A DNA stretch of 64,000 nt, from the NCBI GenBank assembly GCA_964601325.1, contig CAZRNA010000003.1, positions 4,629 through 68,628 on the forward strand, given 5' to 3'. This document shows positions 29,699-37,989 of the stretch, piece after piece. The notes below the pieces were generated by a model. The model saw only the letters and a program-made list of their open reading frames with translations. It searched no databases and was not told the origin of the DNA. This stretch comes from an uncultured Candidatus Bathyarchaeia archaeon (lineage in GTDB: Archaea; Thermoproteota; Bathyarchaeia; 40CM-2-53-6). Both the position numbers and the translations under genes were made by a program. How positions within the stretch are numbered: position 1 is the stretch's first letter; the number at the start of each line of letters is the position of its first letter.

Positions 29699-30043
29699 AT
29701 GCCGGACAATCGAGTGTTAGCTGCTGCGTTCGGAGTTCTCCTAGTGGGGTGGTTCATGTTCCGTCATGCTCTTGGATTCTACATTGGCGTACCCACTTTC
29801 TTCATGTGGAAGGACTTCGTTACTTTCCTGCTTGTGCTCATCTTCACTCCAGCGGTGATGTCGAAAGCTCGTTGGACGGCTCTCGGCGCGGTGGTCGTGG
29901 GAGCAATCCGCATCATAGCAGGCCTTTATGGACTCTATGCGGAGCTAATATCGACGATGTCAAGAGCATATGGACCAGCGATATCAGTCGTTTTGGCCCT
30001 GATCTTCACATACTTCGCATTCCGAGTGTACCAACAGAAGTAG
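29699..30043 (+). CDS. Small 3-4 TM membrane protein, hypothetical
   Basis: 114 aa hydrophobic ORF. Confidence 0.4.
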   Translation: MPDNRVLAAAFGVLLVGWFMFRHALGFYIGVPTFFMWKDFVTFLLVLIFTPAVMSKARWTALGAVVVGAIRIIAGLYGLYAELISTMSRAYGPAISVVLALIFTYFAFRVYQQK

Positions 30044-30205
30044 CAGACCTCGAGATACTTCGAGACTCCCGAAATTCGCCACGAAAGAGTCATGCGAATC
30101 AGAGGGGGTTCTTGGTATCCATCAGTCGATGATGCTGTGTATGCAAACTTCACCGTAGGCTGAATAGTTTCAAGTAGTCTGGAGCGCCAATAGTCTTTAC
30201 CGGCT

Positions 30206-31357
30206 ATGCCCACTGAGATTTCGCTTCTAGTCGAGCTGGGAATCATAGCTGGTTCGGCTCTAGCCTTGAGCTTGGTTACTTGGGCACTTCGCCTGCCCAC
30301 GGCATTGGGGCAGCTTATCGCAGGAATGATTATCGGACCGTTCGGATTCAGACTGATCACCGATCTTGCCACCATCAATGCGATGGCAGAGGTCGGCATC
30401 GTACTTCTCCTGTTCATCATTGGGCTCCAACTTGACCCTCAAGAGTTGGTGACCATGGGAAGGAAGGTTCTCGCATTCTCATTAGCGGAGATTACGGTCT
30501 CTTTCACTGCTGGATTGTTCGCGGGGTTCCTCTTGGGATGGTCGGTTCGCGAAACCATCCTCCTAGCCGCGGTTATTGGTGTCAGTAGTACCGCTCTCGT
30601 GGCAAAGACGCTCCACGATCACGGAGTCTTGACTCAAGCATATGCGCGTATGATGATTGGCGCGTTGATCATAGAGGACATAGTGGCAGTCATCATCCTG
30701 TCGCTTCTGCCAAGTCTAGTACCCGGTGGTCCGTCTGGACTAGCTGAAGTGGGTCCATTGATTCTGCGCGGGGTTCTCCTGATTTCCCTTATACTCATCT
30801 TTGGAGCTTACGCAGCTCCTCATCTTATCGACAGGATCAGCCAACTTGATCTCGATGTGGACGAAGCGGGCTTCCTTCTGTCGATAGGTCTCGGATTTGC
30901 GATGGCAGTTCTATCCTATGTACTGGGGTTTTCTGCTGCGACGGGTGCGTTTCTGATGGGTCTCATGATTCGTGGAAAGCGGGCGAGGTTTGTCTACGAG
31001 AAGATCCGCCCTGTCCGGGATCTTTTCCTAGTCATCTTCTTTGTATCGATGGGCATGCTAGTGGACCCTTCACAGTTTCTCAACGCGAGTCTTGTCTTGC
31101 CCGTCATTGGGCTGGCGCTCATTGGTAAGTATGTGGGCTCCTACTTGGGGGCGTTTCTCTCGGCTCAGCGGGAGCGAGCGGGAGATATTGCTATTCGCAT
31201 GACTCCGCGTGGAGAATTCAGTTTCGTCATTGCTGGTGAGGCATATTCCGTTGGAGCTGCGAGAGCGTTCATCTACCCAATCGCAGGAGCCATCGTTCTT
31301 TTCACCACGATGGTCTCAGCGATTGCTCAGATTCCTAGGAAGAAACGCCCGAGATGA
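30206..31357 (+). CDS. Cation:proton antiporter (Na+/H+ exchanger, CPA family)
   Basis: 383 aa, 11-12 TM. 'LGQLIAGMIIGPFGF' N-terminal motif typical of PF00999. Confidence 0.85.
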   Translation: MPTEISLLVELGIIAGSALALSLVTWALRLPTALGQLIAGMIIGPFGFRLITDLATINAMAEVGIVLLLFIIGLQLDPQELVTMGRKVLAFSLAEITVSFTAGLFAGFLLGWSVRETILLAAVIGVSSTALVAKTLHDHGVLTQAYARMMIGALIIEDIVAVIILSLLPSLVPGGPSGLAEVGPLILRGVLLISLILIFGAYAAPHLIDRISQLDLDVDEAGFLLSIGLGFAMAVLSYVLGFSAATGAFLMGLMIRGKRARFVYEKIRPVRDLFLVIFFVSMGMLVDPSQFLNASLVLPVIGLALIGKYVGSYLGAFLSAQRERAGDIAIRMTPRGEFSFVIAGEAYSVGAARAFIYPIAGAIVLFTTMVSAIAQIPRKKRPR

Positions 31358-31410
31358 TCCATGTCCCAGATGTGAACGGATATCTGTTTCATAGTGTGGT
31401 TCGTCGGGAA

Positions 31411-31520
31411 GCGCCGGGGGTGGGATTTGAACCCACGAGGCCCGAAGACCATCGGCTTAGCAAGCCGACGCCTTACCTGGATGCCCAACACGTTCCCCAT
31501 GTGTTTCTAGGCAACCCCGG
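31411..31520 (-). tRNA. tRNA-Ser (anticodon GCU) with a ~26-nt non-canonical intron in the D-loop
   Basis: Reverse complement: GCCGGGG-TT-GCC-TAG[AAACACATGGGGAACGTGTTGGGCAT]CCAGGTAA-GGC-G-TCGGC-TTGCTAA-GCCGA-TGGTCTTCGGGCCTC-GTGGG-TTCAAAT-CCCAC-CCCCGGC-G. Long variable arm with a UUCG loop. CCA is not encoded. Confidence 0.65.
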
Positions 31521-32001
31521 CATCCAAACAAGTGTGAGCAGTCACAGAGACTGATAACATTTCCGAAAACTGCGTCATTGGCATTCCCTGATTCCGGGCA
31601 AAAACCGGACATCGTACAAGCGATTCCGGATCAACTGCCGACAACGTGCGACAGAATGTAGAAGAAAACAAGAGGATATTTCAAGCCGCATTCGGCCTGG
31701 CTTGTTATCGGATTCTTCGTTACTTCAACGAGTCCAAGATTTCGGGGAAGTCATCTGGCCGACGAGCTGCTTGTTTGCGTCATGGTAGGCCTTGGCAAGT
31801 TGACGGGATACGTCGTGGTCGAGGCCGCTTTGGATGAGTTGTTCCTCGAAGACACCAGTCATGTGGCGTATGTTGCCTCTGATGCTGATTGGAAGCCAAA
31901 GGAGGCTTGGAAGTATTTTCAGGACGTAGTATCCTGACCGTGCTATGGCTGTGGCGGAAACCATGTTTCATTTCCCTCCTTGAAGCGCATGCCTTGGGCT
32001 G

Positions 32002-32343
32002 CTAATCTTTCTCGAGTTCGCGCTTGATCTTCTCCTTCACGGCCTTGCTGACATCATCGTCATCTTCGGATTCTCGTGCAGCTTTGATCACGTCACCGAT
32101 TTTGGTGAAGACGCTCACGTATTCCTGCGTCATACGCAAAGCAACGTCGTCCGGGAATCCTCCCGCCTTTAGCTCCTTGTAGTATGTTGCCGCTGCCTTC
32201 GCCATGTTTCGCGCCGCGTCTTCGGAGAATACTGCGCCGACGAGTCCTTTGATGAGTCCTGGAACCTTGTCTGAAACGACAGATAGGATCTCAGCGACTT
32301 CCTCGGGACTGTCGTGCCTACTATGCTTCTTCTCATCGTCCAT
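32002..32343 (-). CDS. Hypothetical acidic protein
   Basis: 113 aa. Asp/Glu-rich termini. No family recognised. Confidence 0.4.
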   Translation of the reverse strand: MDDEKKHSRHDSPEEVAEILSVVSDKVPGLIKGLVGAVFSEDAARNMAKAAATYYKELKAGGFPDDVALRMTQEYVSVFTKIGDVIKAARESEDDDDVSKAVKEKIKRELEKD

Positions 32344-32442
32344 TATTCATTCACCTCGTCTTTCTGATCGTATTGATATCGAGTCTGGTCAGTAAGGATA
32401 GGTATTCTGTGAAAAAGTGACCAGTTAGCCGCGGTCGACTGG

Positions 32443-32880
32443 TCACTCCGCGAGCTTGTAGACCGTACCCTTACCTTTCTCCACCAGAACGATCCCTTCA
32501 TCGATCAACCCACGTAGCCTTGATCTCACTATCCTGCGTGAGGCGTGTCCTCTTGCTTCTCTTAGGGCTCGCTCTATCTGGGAGGTGTTCTGAGGGCCTT
32601 CCAGTGCGAGCGTCTGGATGATCAGGCGAGAAAGCTCATCCTTTTCGACCGAGCGCTGGTGAAGGTACTTCCTTGCTGCCGACAAGCGTTCAAGCGCGGC
32701 GATCGGTTCCTTGACGAGCAACACTCCGGCGCGCAAGTTGCTGACGGTGGACGCCAGTTCTGGGTGTTCGAGGGAATCCGAAAGAATCCTCTCGATCGTC
32801 TCCAGCCTACTCATGATCGTGCCGAGCTCACGATCAAGTTCTTTGATCTTGGCATCCGAAGCTTTGGGCAACACGATCAC
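32443..32880 (-). CDS. Winged-helix DNA-binding transcriptional regulator (TrmB/ArsR-like) with N-terminal coiled coil
   Basis: IIQTLALEGPQNTSQIERALREARGHASRRIVRSRLRGLIDEGIVLVEKGKGTVYKLAE is a wHTH. Confidence 0.5.
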   Translation of the reverse strand: MIVLPKASDAKIKELDRELGTIMSRLETIERILSDSLEHPELASTVSNLRAGVLLVKEPIAALERLSAARKYLHQRSVEKDELSRLIIQTLALEGPQNTSQIERALREARGHASRRIVRSRLRGLIDEGIVLVEKGKGTVYKLAE

Positions 32881-32911
32881 GAAACAATAACTCGTCTACA
32901 CGATGCTTGAA

Positions 32912-33328
32912 CTAGACTTCCTGCTCAATACGATAGCTCGTCGTCACTTTCACGTCTGGACGGAATATCCCTCTCACCGAGCAGTATTTCTTCTCTGACA
33001 GCTCGATCGCTCTCTTGACGGCTGATTCTCTGAGGCCTCGCCCACGTACAACGTACTCGATTTGAACGGCTTCATAGTACATGGGATCCTTCTTTCTCCT
33101 AGTTCCTGTAACCTTCATCTCAAGTCCGGTCACTTCTTGGCGCTGGCGTTTCAGGATCCAGATGATGTCCATGCCCGTACATCCGCCGAGTCCGACGAGT
33201 ACGAGTTTGACTGGCCGGAACCCGTGTCCCTCGCCTCCGCCTTCCGGATCCGCGTCCATCGCAAGCGAGTCGCCTTCCTCTGTTGTGGCGGTGAAACGCA
33301 TGCCCCCCTCCCACTTCACATTCACCAA
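32912..33328 (-). CDS. OsmC/Ohr family peroxiredoxin-like protein
   Basis: PVKLVLVGLGGCTGMDII and ...KKYCSVRG are the two conserved Cys regions of OsmC. Confidence 0.85.
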   Translation of the reverse strand: MVNVKWEGGMRFTATTEEGDSLAMDADPEGGGEGHGFRPVKLVLVGLGGCTGMDIIWILKRQRQEVTGLEMKVTGTRRKKDPMYYEAVQIEYVVRGRGLRESAVKRAIELSEKKYCSVRGIFRPDVKVTTSYRIEQEV

Positions 33329-33354
33329 TACGCTCGTTCTCCTGAATACTCAAG

Positions 33355-33654
33355 ATGAGCCCACATTCGTCAATACAAATCCTTGCATTCGTCAACTTCC
33401 AGGCGGGCAGGATCTATTGTGCAAGAGATACTGGCTTGATTCTAGAGATGGAACGCTTCAACGTTGACGTTGCCTGCTTGCCCGTCAGCGGAACCTGCGT
33501 GATGACTGCAGAGGAAGACGTGGAGCCCACTAGATACATCAAGTTGAAGGTCGCTATACCAATGCATTACGGGGCGATTGTCGGTGACGATCGTGACGCT
33601 GAGAGATTCAAGACGCTAGCATCGTGTGATGTTCGAATACTCTCGAAAGAGTGA
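33355..33654 (+). pseudogene. C-terminal fragment of an MBL-fold metal-dependent hydrolase (UPF0173/Lactamase_B_3-like)
   Basis: FNVDVACLPVSGTCVMTAEEDVEPTRYIKLKVAIPMHYGAIVGDDRDAERF matches the last ~90 aa of the family. The N-terminal ~130 aa are missing and would overlap the OsmC gene. Confidence 0.45.
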
Positions 33655-34161
33655 TTCCGACAGTTGCGTGTGCGACAGAGTGGACTTCTTACAGTCTGCG
33701 CCTTATTCGGCGCAGAGTCCTCTTGACTCGTCGCTTTGTATTTCTGGCTCCTCTCTTCGCTTTGCCTCGCAGGGTTCTCGGGCGTCCAACTCGTCGTCGG
33801 CGCGCACGTTTCTTCTTTCTTGGCATGGTCCTGATATTGTCTTTATGCAAAGAAAAGCGTTGCGGAAATCGTTTTTCAATTCGAATGTTGACCGATTGTG
33901 TTCTTGCTATCTGAGATTTCAGATGAATACTCGTAACGAGTACATCATACCAGTATCGTCGACTGGGTTCTTCGCGAGTCTTCTACCAGAACTCGTAATG
34001 AACACTTGCGAGATTTCTTTACTCCCAAGTCGATTCTGCTAGAGCAATCTCAGATTCCATGATCAGGTTTTCACGAGAGCGAGAATGAGACTCGATAAGT
34101 GCTGCTCTCCGGCTTCTATCGGTCTAGCCCAGCCATCTGCTATGGGAATAAGCCTAAATGA

Positions 34162-34527
34162 GTGTTCACTGCATGCAGGCGCCTCAAGCAGGGAGCAACG
34201 CAACTATTGTCTTGGACAGATGAGCGCGCGAAAGTTCTCGCGGATCTAAAGAAACTCGAACCAGCTGATCGTCTCTCGCTGTACGCGAGTCTCATTAGGC
34301 TGAACTCCGCTCTTTTTGAGAGCGTCCGCGGTTGGGACGCCTGGCTAAGGAATCCCCCATTCATGGAGACTTTCTCACAGGAAGAACTCAATGAGATATT
34401 CGCTAGTTTCAAAGATGTTACAACGAAATTCTTGGAAGAAGACGTCAAGTGGACCGGAAAGAAGGAACAGAGCCCTCTGAAAGTCAGCAAGACTGAGAAG
34501 GGCGAAGGCGAGAGGCGCTACGCCTAG
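34162..34527 (+). CDS. Hypothetical protein
   Basis: 121 aa. Coding-like composition. No motif recognised. Confidence 0.35.
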   Translation: MFTACRRLKQGATQLLSWTDERAKVLADLKKLEPADRLSLYASLIRLNSALFESVRGWDAWLRNPPFMETFSQEELNEIFASFKDVTTKFLEEDVKWTGKKEQSPLKVSKTEKGEGERRYA

Positions 34528-34549
34528 TCTCAGATAGGAGCGGGGGATC

Positions 34550-35014
34550 ATGAGCTGTGCACCGTTCGTGCAAACGCCGGTTGAAGTCGCGAAGAAGATG
34601 ATTCAGCTGGCGGATCTGAAGTCAGGCCAAACCTTATTCGATCTCGGTGCCGGGGACGGCAGATTGGTGATTCTGACTGCCCAAGAGACAGAGGCTTCTG
34701 CGGTCGGAGTGGAAATGAGAGATGATCTCATTGAGAGAGCACGCTCGGAAATCAAGAAGCTGAGCCTTGAGAGTAGAGTCAGGATGATTCACGATGACTT
34801 CTTCAATGTGGACCTGGGGGAGGCCGATGCGGTGACTCTCTACCTGACCACAAGCGGCAACGAGCGTCTTCGTCCAAAACTGGAACGTGAGCTCAAGAAG
34901 GGCGCGAAGGTCATCTCGCATGATTTCAAGGTAGGCAACTGGAAGCCATCAGTTGTCTACAACGAACTGCTCGGGCACACGATCTATTCGTATGAAGTCG
35001 GTGCACAACTCTAG
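34550..35014 (+). CDS. Small class I SAM-dependent methyltransferase
   Basis: LFDLGAGDGRLVI (motif I) ... EADAVTLY. Confidence 0.7.
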   Translation: MSCAPFVQTPVEVAKKMIQLADLKSGQTLFDLGAGDGRLVILTAQETEASAVGVEMRDDLIERARSEIKKLSLESRVRMIHDDFFNVDLGEADAVTLYLTTSGNERLRPKLERELKKGAKVISHDFKVGNWKPSVVYNELLGHTIYSYEVGAQL

Positions 35015-35131
35015 ACGTATCTGATCTCAGGCGATCGCGTGAACTTTCCTAAGCGGCCACGCCTGAGCTACGAGCGAACCTGGTGAGAACAAGGCTAGGC
35101 GACGATTCTGAAGACAAGTATTCGTGTCCCC

Positions 35132-35995
35132 GTGAGCTTGATAGCTTTCTCCGGCGTTCTGTGGGGGACGTCTTTCGTCGCTATGAAAGTGGGCTTGAAA
35201 TACGTTGACCCCTATTCGTTTGCCTTTCTGAGACTGGTGACGGCCTTCGTTTTCTCGGCCGCTCTCGTGTTTGTCAGAGAACGCCCTAACTTGAATGTGC
35301 TTCGCGACTGGAGAATCTGGGCTCTTGGTATTCTGAACGCCGGAGGTTTCATACTTCAGTATGTGGGAATATCGTATACAACTGCGAACAGGACGGCTCT
35401 GATCACTAATTCAAACGTGGCCTTCACAGCATTCCTGAGTTGGAGTTTGTATCACGAGCCGATGGGTTTCGGTAACTTGCTTGCCCTCCCATTATCCGTC
35501 TTGGGCCTGTTCCTTCTCGTAACTGGTGGTGACCTCAGCACCCTGTCGGGCGGCCAGGTGATGGGCGATCTTCTAGTCCTACTGGCCGGTCTCGTCTGGT
35601 CCTTCTTCCTTGTGCTGAACAAGGACATGGTTTCGAGAAGGAGCACAAACGTCTCACAGATGGTTGCGTGGGTGATGCTCGTCACCACAATAGGGACCGC
35701 TCCGGTCGCTTTCCTTTTGGGGGATGTGACGAGTGTCGCTGTTCCATTGGAGGGATGGGTAGCTGTTGCCTACACGGCAGTTCTCTGCACGGTCGCACCT
35801 TACTGGCTGTTCACAAGAGGACAAAGGTTTGTGGGTGCAACTTTGTCGGCGCTTGTTCTCTTGATCGAGGTCGTCGTGGCTATCATCTCGTCAGCTCTGA
35901 TTCTCGGTGAACAGTTCGCAATTGGTAGCGGTCTCGGAGCCGTACTTGTCTGCGCATCCATCGTGCTCGCATCCAGAGGTTCCAGCTCGAGGTAG
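35132..35995 (+). CDS. DMT superfamily (EamA-type) transporter
   Basis: 287 aa, 10 TM. Duplicated EamA halves. Confidence 0.8.
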   Translation: MSLIAFSGVLWGTSFVAMKVGLKYVDPYSFAFLRLVTAFVFSAALVFVRERPNLNVLRDWRIWALGILNAGGFILQYVGISYTTANRTALITNSNVAFTAFLSWSLYHEPMGFGNLLALPLSVLGLFLLVTGGDLSTLSGGQVMGDLLVLLAGLVWSFFLVLNKDMVSRRSTNVSQMVAWVMLVTTIGTAPVAFLLGDVTSVAVPLEGWVAVAYTAVLCTVAPYWLFTRGQRFVGATLSALVLLIEVVVAIISSALILGEQFAIGSGLGAVLVCASIVLASRGSSSR

Positions 35996-36049
35996 GATTT
36001 CGCAAATCTCTATACGAAACGCGACACTTCTTCATCAGAGGCGACGCAT

Positions 36050-36715
36050 GTGGGCATCCGCCGGAAAGAACTTGCCAAGATGATTGATTACACTTTGCTG
36101 AATCCTTCAGCAACCCGAGATCAAGTGGAAAGGCTCTGCGACGAAGCAAGGAGCCACGGGGTCTATGCCGTATGCGTCAACTCGACTTGGGTTTCACTCG
36201 CAGTCAATGCATTGCGGGGTACAGATGTCAAGGTCTGTTCGACGGTGGGCTTTCCTCTTGGTGCCTCCTTGCCAGCGGTTAAGGCATTTGAGGCTCAAAC
36301 TGTCCTGAGCCTCGGGGCTTCCGAGGTGGACATGGTCATGAATGTTGGTGCATTGAAGTCCCGAGACTTGGCGGCGGTTCGGGAGGATATTGAGCGAGTC
36401 GTGAAGGCATGCAAGCAGGCTCCGGTCAAGGTCATCATAGAGTCAGGGTACTTGAGCGACGAAGAGAAAGTCCAAGCATGCAAGCTCGCTCAAGAGGCAG
36501 GCGCGGCTTTCGTGAAGACATCGACTGGTTTCGGCTCGGGCGGCGCCACGGTGACCGATGTCATGTTGATGCGCAGGACGGTTGGAGAACGGTTCGGGGT
36601 CAAGGCTGCAGGAGGGATCCGAACCTACAAGGACTGTGTTGCGATGATCGAGGCTGGCGCGAATAGAATTGGAACCAGCAGCGCAATTCAGATTCTCAAA
36701 GAATGCCCGGTCTAG
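36050..36715 (+). CDS. deoC: Deoxyribose-phosphate aldolase
   Basis: IDYTLLNPSAT, AVCVN, VGFPLGAS, VKVIIESGYL, AFVKTSTGF (Schiff-base Lys), GVKAAGGIRT. Confidence 0.9.
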   Translation: MGIRRKELAKMIDYTLLNPSATRDQVERLCDEARSHGVYAVCVNSTWVSLAVNALRGTDVKVCSTVGFPLGASLPAVKAFEAQTVLSLGASEVDMVMNVGALKSRDLAAVREDIERVVKACKQAPVKVIIESGYLSDEEKVQACKLAQEAGAAFVKTSTGFGSGGATVTDVMLMRRTVGERFGVKAAGGIRTYKDCVAMIEAGANRIGTSSAIQILKECPV

Positions 36716-36909
36716 GTTTTCCCAGTCTCTCTTATGGTTGTCTGTTGATCAAATCTGTTGTTGGGTAAGGTGATTTTCACCTTTATTTCGCATCCGTGAC
36801 ACTCAGAAAGCCGCATAAGGCGAAACGTCGAACTGGAAATAGACGACGAAAGTTGTAGCACAGAATCTTCCCTCAACGTTCAATTAACACACAAACATAA
36901 TGAGTCGTT

Positions 36910-37200
36910 ATGCTAGAGGTCACGATGCCACGATTGGATGAGTCTATGAACACAGGGAAACTCATCGAGTGGCTGAGAAAGGAAGGCGATCGTGTGAAAG
37001 AAGGCGAACCGATCGCCGTAGTTGAGGGAGAAAAGACAACGTTCGAGATTGAGGCTCCAGCATCCGGCCTCATCCGCAAGACACTTCATCCAGCAGGCTC
37101 AGAGGTTCGAGTCGACCAGCCCATCGCGTTGATCGACACTGGCACGAACGGCCAACACGAATCCACGGGGGGGCCATGCGTAGCATTCAAGGTCGAATAA
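36910..37200 (+). CDS. Stand-alone biotin/lipoyl attachment domain protein
   Basis: MPRLDESMNTGKLIEWLRKEGDRVKEGEPIAVVEGEKTTFEIEAPASGLI follows the lipoyl-domain consensus, with the modifiable Lys in 'EGEKTT'. Confidence 0.75.
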   Translation: MLEVTMPRLDESMNTGKLIEWLRKEGDRVKEGEPIAVVEGEKTTFEIEAPASGLIRKTLHPAGSEVRVDQPIALIDTGTNGQHESTGGPCVAFKVE

Positions 37201-37204
37201 CATC

Positions 37205-37633
37205 ATGTCTGCAAATGTGTCGGACGATCTGAATCTGGCCAAGAGAACACTCCGTGAAGAAGAATTATCTCTCGCTGTTGCAAAGAATGGCAGGATTCTC
37301 TTCAAGAGCAAGTCGCACGGCGTCAGCGATCTGCTCGCAATGATTAGTGATGTCGGTGGGCTAACTGAGGGTGCTTCACTTGCCGACAGCATCGTAGGCA
37401 GAGCTGCCGCGCTGCTCTGCGTGTACTCCAAGATAATCGCCGTCTACGGTGTGAACATGAGCGAAGGCGCGCTGTCTGTCTTCAAGGCGAATGGCATCAA
37501 GTGCGAGTATGGAACCTTGGTTGCAAGGATACTGAATCGCGAGAAGAATGACGTTTGTCCTTTTGACAAGGCTGTCCTGGGAATAGTCGACCCAAGCATC
37601 GCATTGGATAGGTTGAAATCCCTCAGGCTTTAA
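37205..37633 (+). CDS. DUF1893 (TM1506-like) family protein
   Basis: 142 aa. LSLAVAKNGRILFKSKSHGVSDLLAMI...VGRAAALLCVY...GIKCEYGTLVARILNREKNDVCPFDK pattern is recalled for DUF1893. Confidence 0.45.
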   Translation: MSANVSDDLNLAKRTLREEELSLAVAKNGRILFKSKSHGVSDLLAMISDVGGLTEGASLADSIVGRAAALLCVYSKIIAVYGVNMSEGALSVFKANGIKCEYGTLVARILNREKNDVCPFDKAVLGIVDPSIALDRLKSLRL

Positions 37634-37664
37634 TCCTCTATCACTTGGGATGAAGTGAGGAACT

Positions 37665-37937
37665 ATGAACACGACTAATCGTCTCGTAGCATCAGTCCTT
37701 GGTGGAGAAATCATAACCCTGTTGACGGGACTATTCTCGAACACGCCAGAAATGCTGGTGGGTGCGGAACACTATGGCTTTCCGCTCGCTTGGCTCATTC
37801 GGATGATAGTGGCCCCGGAATACAACCCCTGGAGAATCGAATTCGTCAACTTCCTAGCTGACGTGGTCGTCTCGTCCGTAATTCTCTTCGTGATCGTCTT
37901 CATCGTGGAGAAGATAAGGAAACCAGCTAGCAAGTGA
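37665..37937 (+). CDS. Small 3-TM membrane protein (paralog of 18453..18734)
   Basis: 90 aa. Shares the LxTGLxxNTPxMLVGAxxYGxPLAWLIRMxVAxEYxPW core with the other copy. Confidence 0.5.
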   Translation: MNTTNRLVASVLGGEIITLLTGLFSNTPEMLVGAEHYGFPLAWLIRMIVAPEYNPWRIEFVNFLADVVVSSVILFVIVFIVEKIRKPASK

Positions 37938-37989
37938 CAACATCCGGGTCTCGAGCATAGACTGCTGAAGGACCTTTCCGCACTCGTTC

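Noticed and set aside
29935-30420. 161-aa minus-strand ORF overlapping the start of the CPA antiporter gene and the preceding small membrane gene.
   Set aside because: It overlaps two better-supported plus-strand genes and has no motif.
31725-31964. 79-aa minus-strand ORF downstream of the acidic hypothetical gene.
   Set aside because: It is short with no motif, in a region containing a tRNA promoter or flank. It is insufficient to call.
33626-34042. 138-aa ORF rich in Ser/Cys.
   Set aside because: It lies in an AT-rich, low-complexity intergenic stretch with no protein-like pattern.
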